51,827 bases of DNA from Desulfatiglandales bacterium (GTDB lineage: Bacteria > Desulfobacterota > DSM-4660 > Desulfatiglandales > HGW-15): NCBI GenBank assembly GCA_041685835.1, contig JAWLEX010000006.1, positions 1 to 51,827 of the forward strand, read 5' to 3'. Below are positions 28,236 through 37,071 of the stretch, in pieces; within the stretch, counting starts at the first letter, position 1, and each line of letters begins with the position of its first letter. The notes beneath the pieces were generated by a model. The model ran no database searches. It was not told where the DNA came from and was given only the letters and a program-made list of their open reading frames with translations. A program made the translations under genes and the position numbers.

Positions 28236-29231
28236 ATGAAGGAAGAACGCTTTATCGACTCAAACAATCGGATCATAAACTACCTTCGCATCTCACTGAC
28301 CGATCGCTGCAATCTTCGCTGTGTCTACTGCATGCCCGAGGAAGGCCTTCCCCACCTGCCTCACCGGGAAATCCTCACTTACGAGGAAATTCTCAGGGTG
28401 ACCAGGCTTGCGGTGCGCGGGGGTATCCGAAAGGTCCGGCTTACGGGGGGAGAGCCTCTCATTCGAAGAGGGGTAATTGACTTTGTGCGATCTCTCGGAA
28501 AGGTTCCGGGGCTGGAGCAGATCACCCTGACCACGAACGGCGTCCTCCTGGCGGAAGTTGCCGGAGATCTTATGGGATCCGGTGTCCGCCGGATCAACGT
28601 CAGCCTTGATTCCCTCAAACCCGACCGCTACGCCCAAATCACGCGAAGAGACATGTTTCAGCGCGTGTGGGAAGGCCTGAGCGTTGCCGAGCGGGTTGGC
28701 TTCGACCCCATCAAGATCAACGTGGTGGTCATGCGGGGGGTGAATGACGATGAGATCGCGGACTTCGCCCGCTTGAGCCTTCAAAAGCCCTACCATATCC
28801 GGTTCATAGAATTCATGCCAGTGGGGGAAAAGAACGCCTGGTCCAACGGCAGGTTCATGCCCACGGACGAGATTCGGGCACGCATCGAGGAGGTGGGGCC
28901 GCTCAGGCACCTCGAGCGGGGCCGGATGGACGGCCCTGCGGAACGGTTCGTCCTTAAGGGAGCGGAAGGTGAAATCGGATTCATAGGCGCCCTCTCACAC
29001 CATTTCTGCTCCCAATGCAACCGGTTGCGTCTGACGTCCGCCGGAACCCTGCGAGGATGCCTGTTTTCGGATGAGGAGATCGATGTGAAAACCGCCCTTC
29101 GTGCAGGAGAGCCGGACGAACGTATCGCGGGCCTGATCCGACTGGCCATTGAGACCAAACCCACCGGCCACGGCTCCCTGCTGCAGTCCCCCCGCAAGTG
29201 CTCCAGGCCCATGTCCACCATCGGCGGGTGA
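28236..29231 (+). CDS. moaA: GTP 3',8-cyclase (molybdenum cofactor biosynthesis)
   Basis: YLRISLTDRCNLRCVYC, LTGGEP, FCSQCNRLRLT...GCLF and the C-terminal IGG. Confidence 0.95.
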   Translation: MKEERFIDSNNRIINYLRISLTDRCNLRCVYCMPEEGLPHLPHREILTYEEILRVTRLAVRGGIRKVRLTGGEPLIRRGVIDFVRSLGKVPGLEQITLTTNGVLLAEVAGDLMGSGVRRINVSLDSLKPDRYAQITRRDMFQRVWEGLSVAERVGFDPIKINVVVMRGVNDDEIADFARLSLQKPYHIRFIEFMPVGEKNAWSNGRFMPTDEIRARIEEVGPLRHLERGRMDGPAERFVLKGAEGEIGFIGALSHHFCSQCNRLRLTSAGTLRGCLFSDEEIDVKTALRAGEPDERIAGLIRLAIETKPTGHGSLLQSPRKCSRPMSTIGG

Positions 29232-29250
29232 GGACGGACCAGTGGTTTCC

Positions 29251-30111
29251 ATGGAAGGACAAGAGAATATTCGAGTCTTTGTGAACGAGCGGCCCCATGA
29301 CCTGCCGCGGGGGACCACGGCCGGAGGAGTCCGGGATATAGTCAAGGCGGAGGCCGACCTCATAATCGTGAACGGGTTCCCTGTGGAACCGGGGACTCCG
29401 CTTCAGGACGGGGATCGAGCAGTCTTGATCCGCCGCGGGGAGACGCCCCGGAGGGAGGAGATGGAGGCCCTCATGGCGGCCCGGCACACCCCCGGTGTTC
29501 ATGCGCGCATGAAGTCGGCCCGGGTGGGGATCGCCGGTCTGGGCGGACTGGGGTCCGTTGTGGGGCCGGCCCTGGCGCGCGTGGGGGTGGGAGAGCTGAT
29601 CCTGGCCGATTTCGACGTGGTGGAGCCGAGCAACCTGAACCGCCAGCAGTACCGGGTGGAAGATCTCGGCCTCGCCAAGACCGAGGCCATGGCCGGGCAG
29701 CTCCGTTCAGTGAACCCCTACATGCGGGTGATCACCCACCGGGTGGTCCTGGACGAGAGGAATCTTTCGGAGATTTATAACGGCGTGGATGTCCTGGTGG
29801 AGTGTTTGGACAGGGCCGAGGCCAAGGCGATGCTCATCAGGACCGCGTTGGAATCGCTTCCGGAAACCTTCATTGTGGGTGCATCGGGTGTTGCGGGCTA
29901 CGGGGAGAGCAACAGCATTCAGACAGTGCGCCTGGGAGACCGGGTCTTCATGGTCGGCGACATGATTTCCGCCGCCGAGCCGGGCCGCGGGCTCATGGCC
30001 CCACGGGTCGGGATCGCCGCCAACCACCAGGCTAACCTGGTTATGAGCCTGCTCATGGAAGGTGCCGGCTCCGGTCAGGGCGTCTCAACACGGAACGTCC
30101 CCAGATTGTGA
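29251..30111 (+). CDS. thiF: Sulfur-carrier adenylyltransferase ThiF (family 2) with N-terminal ThiS-like ubiquitin domain
   Basis: GIAGLGGLGS, DFDVVEPSNLNRQ, ECLD and GLMAPRV motifs; N-terminal VFVNE...IIVNGF beta-grasp-like segment. Confidence 0.85.
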   Translation: MEGQENIRVFVNERPHDLPRGTTAGGVRDIVKAEADLIIVNGFPVEPGTPLQDGDRAVLIRRGETPRREEMEALMAARHTPGVHARMKSARVGIAGLGGLGSVVGPALARVGVGELILADFDVVEPSNLNRQQYRVEDLGLAKTEAMAGQLRSVNPYMRVITHRVVLDERNLSEIYNGVDVLVECLDRAEAKAMLIRTALESLPETFIVGASGVAGYGESNSIQTVRLGDRVFMVGDMISAAEPGRGLMAPRVGIAANHQANLVMSLLMEGAGSGQGVSTRNVPRL

Positions 30112-30170
30112 AAAAAGGCCCTCGGCCTTTCCCTGCCGCACGATTTAGTGTAAAATATGGATGTTTACCC

Positions 30171-30315
30171 GGTTTCCATCCAGAAATGGTCTTTTTTGCC
30201 AATCTCGGCGTCAATCTGCGAGGTTGCTTGTGCGGCGTACTCAAAAGCACGCCTCCGCGCTACCTCTCGATTTCCTTGATCTTGACAAAAAATCCTCATT
30301 TCTGAATTGGAAACC
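30171..30315 (+). mobile_element. 145-bp MITE-like element (family A), complete copy
   Basis: Terminal inverted repeats GGTTTCCA(TC)CAGAAATG and CATTTCTG(AAT)TGGAAACC; internal hairpin; a second copy at 1-91. Confidence 0.8.
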
Positions 30316-30350
30316 TGCCAGTGCCCGAAAAGCGTTTCCGGATGGGCACT

Positions 30351-30631
30351 ACCTAAGGCGGGCCCTTGCCCGCAACCCAAAGCCAATGAGCACTGGCGCG
30401 AAGAATGAGCGTCCTGTTTGTTTCTTCGGGATCGAAATCGCTATCGGGATCGAAATCGATTTCCTCTAATCCATAGACCCCGGTGTCTTCCTTAGACCCC
30501 AGAGTCTTCCTTCACACAGCGGTAGACATCAAGCTTTTCGTGTCAAGTATCATTTTGTTCTCTTTCGATTGCGATCCCGATTGCGATCCCGATCCCGATT
30601 TCGATCCCGATCCCGATCCCGATTTCGATTT
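30351..30631 (+). repeat. Dispersed repeat (family B), copy 2, with inverted GATC-rich simple-repeat arms
   Basis: Matches 8306-8503. The left arm GATCGAAATCGCTATCGGGATCGAAATCG is complementary to the right-arm (CGATCC/CGATTG/CGATTT)n hexamer array at about 30566-30630. Confidence 0.85.
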
Positions 30632-30712
30632 GGATTATAACAACATCAATACTTCTTGTTTTTTCTGACAGCTTTTCAGGAGTAGGGCACTAAACGCCGT
30701 CTTGGGACCCCG

Positions 30713-31465
30713 ATGTGCAAGAGCCTTTTCAGTGTGATGCTTTCCCTTGTGTTTGTCTCCTCCGCATTTCCGGAGGGGGCCGAAGAACACCTCTCTCTTG
30801 CCACACTCAACTGGGCGCCATATGTCGGAAAAGACCTTCCGAACCACGGTTTCACCTCTGAAATCGTGACCAGAGTCTTCGAGCGGGCCGGATACCGGGT
30901 GGACATCGATTTCATGCCCTGGGCCCGGGTCCTTAGCCGGGTGTCCCGGGGAGACGCGGATGCCATGTATCCCGCCTATCACTCGAGGGAAAGGGTTTAC
31001 GTCTACGCTTTCTCCGACCCCTTTGCCCGGAGTTACCTGGTCTTCTACAAACGCATTGAAGACGAGATCCCCTACACGAGCCTTCGGGATCTCGAGGGAT
31101 ACCGCATCGGTGTGGTGCGGGGGTACGTGAACTCGCCCGCATTTGACAAGGCTGGATACCTGCAGAAAGAGGTCGCTGAAAGCGACGAAAGCAATCTCCA
31201 AAAACTGCTGAAAGGCCGCATAGATCTTGCGGTCATCGACAAGTACACGGCACGGTACCTTATCGAAACGCGCATCCCCCAGGCCGCCGGCCGCCTCCTC
31301 CCCCTGGATCCTCCCCTTCAAATAAAGCCCCTTTACCTCGGTGTGTCTAAAAAGATCCCGGGATACAGGACCATCGTGGCGGATTTCAATCGCGCCCTGT
31401 CTGAGATTTCTTCGGAAGGTATTGTGGAAGCCATCAAGAAAAGGAGCGGTATCCACGAGCCTTGA
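30713..31465 (+). CDS. Periplasmic substrate-binding protein (family 3, amino-acid type)
   Basis: Signal peptide; WAPY, MPWARVL, DLEGYRIGVVRGY and LLKGRIDL motifs. Confidence 0.85.
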   Translation: MCKSLFSVMLSLVFVSSAFPEGAEEHLSLATLNWAPYVGKDLPNHGFTSEIVTRVFERAGYRVDIDFMPWARVLSRVSRGDADAMYPAYHSRERVYVYAFSDPFARSYLVFYKRIEDEIPYTSLRDLEGYRIGVVRGYVNSPAFDKAGYLQKEVAESDESNLQKLLKGRIDLAVIDKYTARYLIETRIPQAAGRLLPLDPPLQIKPLYLGVSKKIPGYRTIVADFNRALSEISSEGIVEAIKKRSGIHEP

Positions 31466-31490
31466 GCCGACAACCCGCCGCGGGTGTGCC

Positions 31491-33251
31491 ATGCAGAAAA
31501 CGCAACGTGTCGATGATGAGGACGAGTTCATGACGCAGGAAACGGCAGGCAATTCCCGACGCCGCTTTCTCAAGAGACGCACCATTGCGAGCGATCTCAC
31601 CATAGGGATCGCACTCACCATTCTCGCGGTCACCTCCGTTCTGAGCCTGCTCGAGTATAGGAGATCGGTGCACAGAGAGGAGGAGCGCCTGGAAAGACTG
31701 TCTGAGGACATGGCCGAGAAGCTTGTGGCCGCGCTCACACTCCCTCTATGGAACATCAACCATCATGCCGTGCGGATGGTGGCTGATGCCTATGCGCAGA
31801 CCCAAGACGTGGTCGGCCTTCGTATCGTGGACGATGCGGGCTCCGTGATCTACGAGGTTGTCCCCCCGCAGGAACCGGACCTGATCGAGGCCTCGAGAAC
31901 GGTTCGGTATCGGGAACAGGAAATCGGCAGGATTGAGGTCGCCCTGACCGCACGCCATGTCCTGGCAGTCCAGAAGAGGGCCCTGGTGTTCACCATCGCT
32001 GTGATAGCGTGCGTCACGCTGGCGATCATCGTGGTCATCCAAATCCTGCTCAAAGTGTTCCTGAGGCGACCGCTGGCGATCCTCGCGCAAGGACTCGAAA
32101 CCATAGCTTCCGGTTCCTACGATCACAAGCTCCCTCCGGTGAAGCAGCAGGATGTAGACGCCATCATCCGTGACGTGAACGCCATGGCCGCGCAGATCCA
32201 CCAGCGGGACCGCGATTTGAGGGAAAGCTGGAGGCGCTACCAGGAACTGGCTAACTTGCTCCCGGAGACGATTTACGAGACGGACACGGAAGGCCGGTTC
32301 CTGTTCCTGAGCAGAAGCGGGTTCAACGCTTTTGGGCTCTCCGCGGACGACTTCGAAAGGGGCCTCCATGTGGAAGACCTGTTCTCCGAACAGGACCTGC
32401 ACCGCATTCATGACGACATGCAGCGGATAATCAGCGGCGGGCCCGTGGGCGCCACGGAATATACAGCGGTGCGAAAAGACGGTACCCGCTTTCCTGTGCT
32501 GGTGCACTCGAGTGCCATGGTGAGAGAGAAAAAGCCCTGCGGAATACGTGCGATCGCCGTGGACATCACCAACCGCAAGCGGATGGAGCAGGAACTCGCC
32601 AGGCTGGCCTCCGGCATCGCACACCAGGTGCGGAACCCCCTAACAACCATCGGAGGATTCGCCGTTCGGCTGCAGAAGCTCTATGCCGGAGATGAAAGTA
32701 CCCAGAATTGGCTGGAGATCATGCTTCTGGAAGTCCGGCGGCTGGAACGTATGGTGGCCGACATCCACGAACTCACGAGTCTGCGAAAAGCCGAGCCCAA
32801 GAGGATCTCCTTTTCGGGTGTGGTGAACACCTTTATTGCCGACTGCCGACTGGGGTTGGAAGCCGCCGGCATCCGAATTCATCAAAACCTCCCCGAAGGG
32901 CTCCCAGAGGTGACAGCGGACAAGGACCTCCTCTTTGCAGCCTTTGAAAAGATTGTAGAGAACACAGTGGAGGCCATGCCCGAAGGCGGGGAGATGAAGG
33001 TCAGCACGTATTCGGAGGAGGGGCAGGTCTGCGTCGTGTTCTCGGATTCCGGACCCGGAATCAGCGAAAACCACCTTCCCCACGTGTTCGAACCGTTCTA
33101 CGGATCCAAGCCCCAGGCCTCCGGACTCGGACTGACCATGGCCCAGCGGATCGTGCACGAGCAGCGTGGAAGGATTGCCGTGGAGTCATCTCCGGGGCGC
33201 GGGACGGATGTGAAGGTATGCCTGCCTGCAGTCCCCTTGCAACAGGGCTGA
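31491..33251 (+). CDS. Membrane sensor histidine kinase (2 TM, HAMP, PAS, HisKA, HATPase)
   Basis: Two hydrophobic segments, HAMP, PAS (RKDG...DIT), H-box AHQVRNPL, DSGPG, FEPF and GLGL. Start may be 31491 or 31530. Confidence 0.88.
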   Translation: MQKTQRVDDEDEFMTQETAGNSRRRFLKRRTIASDLTIGIALTILAVTSVLSLLEYRRSVHREEERLERLSEDMAEKLVAALTLPLWNINHHAVRMVADAYAQTQDVVGLRIVDDAGSVIYEVVPPQEPDLIEASRTVRYREQEIGRIEVALTARHVLAVQKRALVFTIAVIACVTLAIIVVIQILLKVFLRRPLAILAQGLETIASGSYDHKLPPVKQQDVDAIIRDVNAMAAQIHQRDRDLRESWRRYQELANLLPETIYETDTEGRFLFLSRSGFNAFGLSADDFERGLHVEDLFSEQDLHRIHDDMQRIISGGPVGATEYTAVRKDGTRFPVLVHSSAMVREKKPCGIRAIAVDITNRKRMEQELARLASGIAHQVRNPLTTIGGFAVRLQKLYAGDESTQNWLEIMLLEVRRLERMVADIHELTSLRKAEPKRISFSGVVNTFIADCRLGLEAAGIRIHQNLPEGLPEVTADKDLLFAAFEKIVENTVEAMPEGGEMKVSTYSEEGQVCVVFSDSGPGISENHLPHVFEPFYGSKPQASGLGLTMAQRIVHEQRGRIAVESSPGRGTDVKVCLPAVPLQQG

Positions 33252-33269
33252 ACCCGGACACAGCCATGA

Positions 33270-33297
33270 GGGGGCCCGGCCGAATGGGCCGGCCCCG
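33270..33297. terminator. GC-rich hairpin between convergent genes
   Basis: GGGGGCCCGGCC-GAAT-GGGCCGGCCCC imperfect stem between the kinase stop and the lipoprotein stop; no U-tract. Confidence 0.35.
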
Positions 33298-33298
33298 G

Positions 33299-34111
33299 TC
33301 AGGGTGTCTCCTCATCCAGTTCGATCCGCGTGTAGGCGGAGGGTTTCTTCAGTTCGAAGATCTGTTCCGGGATCTCCCGGTTGAAGACCATCCGCTCGTT
33401 CTTGATCAAGACCTTTCCGCCCCCTTTCCCCGGGCGTACCTCCACCTCTCCGGCGTACCTGACCTCCCCTTGCTCCTGAATATCACTGAATATCACCTCG
33501 AGGCTGCTTTTGGGAAAGATAAGACGCTCCGGTTCCAGAGTTCGGGGTTTGACCTGGAGAGTCCATGGAGATCCGGCGCAGTCCTCGTCGCAGACGATTC
33601 GGCCGCCTGACCCGGCCCTGGCAAGGTCCGCCCCGGGGAGCGCCGGGTAGCCCCTCAGGAGGGCCCATATACTATCGATGTCCGGAGGGCAGGGCAGGAA
33701 CCGGCCCAGGGTCTCCGCAGTGGCGGGGCCGGTGTAGAGGACGGCGTCCGGAAAAGAAAAAGCTTCCAATCGATCACGGTCCACAAGGACGTGGAGCACC
33801 GGCGGACCCCAGGAATGGGTGATCTCCACCTTGATCCGCAGAGGATCCCGGGTCCCGACCACCAGGATCCGGGCCTCCTCGGATTCGACGAGCCATTTCT
33901 TGAGTACCACGTTACCCATGGAATAGAAGGAGGATACTGCTTGCTCCTGGATCCCAAGGCTTTCCAGAAGACTTCGGACTTCGGGAGGTGTGAGCGGAGG
34001 AGGGGCGGGTCGGATGGCCGCACAGCCGGACAGAAGGACGAGGACCAGCACAAGGGAAGATAGACGAAAGGGGCATGTCAAAGGGCCCCCTGAAGGAGTC
34101 CGGGACCTCAA
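33299..34111 (-). CDS. Putative lipoprotein (LolB-like / DUF4292-like)
   Basis: Hydrophobic stretch ending in an LSGC lipobox; lies downstream of a TPR gene, as lolB-like genes typically do. Start uncertain. Confidence 0.6.
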   Translation of the reverse strand: MRSRTPSGGPLTCPFRLSSLVLVLVLLSGCAAIRPAPPPLTPPEVRSLLESLGIQEQAVSSFYSMGNVVLKKWLVESEEARILVVGTRDPLRIKVEITHSWGPPVLHVLVDRDRLEAFSFPDAVLYTGPATAETLGRFLPCPPDIDSIWALLRGYPALPGADLARAGSGGRIVCDEDCAGSPWTLQVKPRTLEPERLIFPKSSLEVIFSDIQEQGEVRYAGEVEVRPGKGGGKVLIKNERMVFNREIPEQIFELKKPSAYTRIELDEETP

Positions 34112-35925
34112 TCGGCGCCCTTGCCTGTTTCCAGGAGGGCCTCTGCCTCCTCGATTTTTTTATGGAGGATGTCCGGTTCGGTGTGTTCGAGTGTCAGGGC
34201 CTTCCTATAGGCCTCGATGGCCTTCTCGTACAGCTCGTTTTTGAGATAGGCATCTCCGAGGTGTTCAGTGATTATGGGGTCTTGAGGCTGAAGAGACGCG
34301 GCTTGTTCCAAGTATCCCAACGCCTTGGCATATTCACCTTTCTGGAAATACACCCAGCCCAGGCTGTCGATGATGTACCCGCTGTCAGGCTTGATTTGAA
34401 GCGCCTGCTCGATGAGGGCCTGGGCTTCGTCCAGGCGGATTCCCTGTTCGACAAAGGTGTACCCGATGTAGTTCATGGCGTCGGCATGCTCGGGATCGAT
34501 TTCCAGTACGCGGCGCATCTGTTCGAGGCAACGCTCCTTATCCCCCTTCTTGTCCAGTATGACGCCCAGGCGGAAAATCAAGTCGATGCTGTTGGGCGCT
34601 TCCTCCAGGCCTTGCAGCACGGCCGCTTCGGCCTCCTCGTATTTCTTCCGCCCTTCGAGAATAGATGCCAGCATCAGGAACAGCTTTCTTTGATCTTCTC
34701 CTTCGCGGACCGCTTCACGCAGGACGGTCAAGGCTTCCTCTGTCTCGTCCTCGGAGTCCAGGATGTGAGCGATGTGCATCCGGGCGTTCGTATAATACTC
34801 GGAATCTTTTTCAACCTTCCTAAAATGCTCGAGGGCCTTATCAAGATCTCCACGCTCTTCGTAGGCCGCGGCCAGGTAGTACCTGGATTTGTGATCTTCC
34901 GGCCATGCCTGGACGATCATGTCCAGTTCGAAGATGGACTCGTCCAGCTTGCCGTACCGGAGATATATCAGTCCGAGGGACTGGCGGGCTCGCTCGCCGG
35001 GCCTGGACCCGCCTTCGATGGCCTGCATCTGTCTTTCGGCTTCGTCCTCCCGGCCGAGCTGGTAGAATAGATCGATAAGGCGTTCCCTGACGATCATGTT
35101 CTCAGGGTAATAGTCGATGAGCCTCTCATAGATATTCACCGCCTTTTCGAACAGCCCCTGCATCTGGTAAAGGCTGCCCAGGTCGAAGAGGGCGGGCTCC
35201 ATGCGCTCGTTCAGACGGAGGGCTTCCAGGTAGGACTCCTCAGAACCCTCGACGTCGCCTTTTTCCAGGTACACCCTGCCACGGTAGTAGTGGGCGATGA
35301 CGAGATTAGGGTCCTGTTCGATGATTCGTTCAAGTTGGTCCAGTGCGTCGTTGTAGCGCCTCAACTTTATGAGAAAAGTGGTCAGCACAAGCCTCGCCCG
35401 ATTGTGGTCCGGGTCGAGCTTCAGGGCTCCCTCGTACAATCGAACCGCATCTTCTTCCCTTTCCATAAGACCGGCGATCTCGGCGGCGAGCAGGTGATGA
35501 TCGACCCGGCCCGGTTCAAGTTCGATGCATTTCCGGGCGTATGCAAGTGCGGCTTCGTTATCTTTCAACTGCTTGAGAAGCAGGGCCATTCGCTGGTTGA
35601 GAAACACGCTGTCCGGATCGTGCTCCAAGGCCTCTTCCAGGTGACCGCGGGCCGTTTCGTAGCGGCCCTGAACACTGAGTATGGCGAAACGGGCGAACTC
35701 TGTGTAAGCGCGCCGGATAGGGTCTGCTTCCTCGAGAGGCGGAGGGGACGAGGGTGAAACGAACTCGTCCATGGGGAAAGAGGGATGTTGGGAGTGAGGC
35801 GACCCCGCACAACCGCTGCATGTAAGGGACAGAAGAACAAGTCCGGTGCACAGAAAGGCGGTGAGGGTATTTCTGTTATCAGACAAAATTCGAAAACTCC
35901 TCTTCAAAGTCGGGGATCTTCTCAT
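34108..35925 (-). CDS. Tetratricopeptide-repeat (lipo)protein, LbcA/PA4667-like
   Basis: Many TPRs; C-terminal AMNYIGY...IIDSLGWVY...EHLGDAY signature; N-terminal lipobox-like CSGC. Confidence 0.85.
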   Translation of the reverse strand: MRRSPTLKRSFRILSDNRNTLTAFLCTGLVLLSLTCSGCAGSPHSQHPSFPMDEFVSPSSPPPLEEADPIRRAYTEFARFAILSVQGRYETARGHLEEALEHDPDSVFLNQRMALLLKQLKDNEAALAYARKCIELEPGRVDHHLLAAEIAGLMEREEDAVRLYEGALKLDPDHNRARLVLTTFLIKLRRYNDALDQLERIIEQDPNLVIAHYYRGRVYLEKGDVEGSEESYLEALRLNERMEPALFDLGSLYQMQGLFEKAVNIYERLIDYYPENMIVRERLIDLFYQLGREDEAERQMQAIEGGSRPGERARQSLGLIYLRYGKLDESIFELDMIVQAWPEDHKSRYYLAAAYEERGDLDKALEHFRKVEKDSEYYTNARMHIAHILDSEDETEEALTVLREAVREGEDQRKLFLMLASILEGRKKYEEAEAAVLQGLEEAPNSIDLIFRLGVILDKKGDKERCLEQMRRVLEIDPEHADAMNYIGYTFVEQGIRLDEAQALIEQALQIKPDSGYIIDSLGWVYFQKGEYAKALGYLEQAASLQPQDPIITEHLGDAYLKNELYEKAIEAYRKALTLEHTEPDILHKKIEEAEALLETGKGAD

Positions 35926-36865
35926 TCAACCAGGCCTTGATATTATTTATGATTCGTTCCTGAATCTGTCGAATGCGTTCCCGGCTGATGTTATATTTGT
36001 CCCCAAGATCCTGAAGGGTCAAGGGGTTTTCCGACATGATGCGGTTGTCAAAAATATCCAGCTCTTTCCCGGACAGGGTCTCTCGGAACGCATTCAGGTT
36101 TTCAAGGAGTAACTCGCGGCGTTCCACGTCTGAGATACGGTCATCGGCGCCCATGGACGGGTCTGGAAGAAAGGCACTGTACGCCTCCTTTCCGTCATCC
36201 CCCACGGGAGTGTTCAAGGAAAGCTCGGCGCCTCCCAGGCGCTGGCTCATTTCCTTGATCTCCTCCTCCTTTACGTCCAGACGTTCCGCCAGGAGCCGGG
36301 GCTCCGGGTCAAACCCCTGGGCCACGAGCTTTTCCTTTTCCTTGGCCAGGTTGAAAAAGAGTTTCCTTTGGGTTTGGGTCGTTCCGATCTTGACCAGTTT
36401 CCAGTTTTCCATGATGAACTTCAGGATGTAGGCCTTGATCCAGAACGAGGCGTAATAGGAGAACTTGATCCCACGATAGGGGTCGAATTTCCGCACAGCC
36501 TGAAGCAATCCCACGTTCCCTTCCTGAATGAGGTCAAGGAGGCTCTTGGTCCAGTAACGGCTGAAGTCCATGGCGATCTTGACCACCAGGCGCAGATTGG
36601 ATGTCACAAGCCTGTAGGCGGCCTGTTGATCTTTCTTTTTCTGGAAGCGGATCGCCAGTTCGACTTCCTCTTCCCGGGTCAGGAGACGATAGTTTTTTAT
36701 CTCGAGCAGATAGAGCTGCAGCGGATCGTAGGGCACGAGACCCCGACCCTCGCGTTGAACAACAGGAGCGAGGTCGGGCCGGATCAGGGGAAAGAGGTCA
36801 TCCGCCAATTCAACGACTTCCGCCGGCTGTTCCTCTTGCTGCTTTTCCTTTTTCTTGTCACTCAT
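35879..36865 (-). CDS. rpoH: RNA polymerase sigma factor, sigma32/RpoH family
   Basis: NLRLVVKIA, DLIQEGNVGL, FSYYASFWIKAYI, RpoH box QRKLFFNL and ISRERIRQI. Confidence 0.9.
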   Translation of the reverse strand: MSDKKKEKQQEEQPAEVVELADDLFPLIRPDLAPVVQREGRGLVPYDPLQLYLLEIKNYRLLTREEEVELAIRFQKKKDQQAAYRLVTSNLRLVVKIAMDFSRYWTKSLLDLIQEGNVGLLQAVRKFDPYRGIKFSYYASFWIKAYILKFIMENWKLVKIGTTQTQRKLFFNLAKEKEKLVAQGFDPEPRLLAERLDVKEEEIKEMSQRLGGAELSLNTPVGDDGKEAYSAFLPDPSMGADDRISDVERRELLLENLNAFRETLSGKELDIFDNRIMSENPLTLQDLGDKYNISRERIRQIQERIINNIKAWLNEKIPDFEEEFSNFV

Positions 36866-36892
36866 TGTGTTTTGCCGCAAAATTTCTTCTTA

Positions 36893-37071
36893 GGAGGCTA
36901 GCAGAAATAAATTGGACAAAATTGCGCTCAGATTTGGGTCATATTTGGCTGCGGCGATTGAGCAAAACCGCAGGCGTAGCTGGACTACGTCGAGGATTTT
37001 GCGATTGAGCCGCAGCCGAAGATGGCCTGAAGATGAGATGCAAGATGTTCAAGTTATTTTTGCTAGCCTCC
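36893..37071. mobile_element. 179-bp MITE (family C) with TTA target-site duplication, inserted at the tyrS stop codon
   Basis: TIRs GGAGGCTAGCAGAAATAA and TTATTTTTGCTAGCCTCC (17/18 match); TTA flanks both sides (36890-36892 and 37072-37074); nested internal palindromes. Confidence 0.85.

Noticed and set aside
30566-30631. Tandem repeats considered as a CRISPR array
   Set aside because: Hexamer microsatellite-like units with no unique spacers, and no cas genes nearby.
30483-30668. Small ORFs with DCDPDCDPDPD or IEIAIGIEI repeats (also 8260-8451, 30161-30469)
   Set aside because: Translations of the non-coding family A/B repeats.
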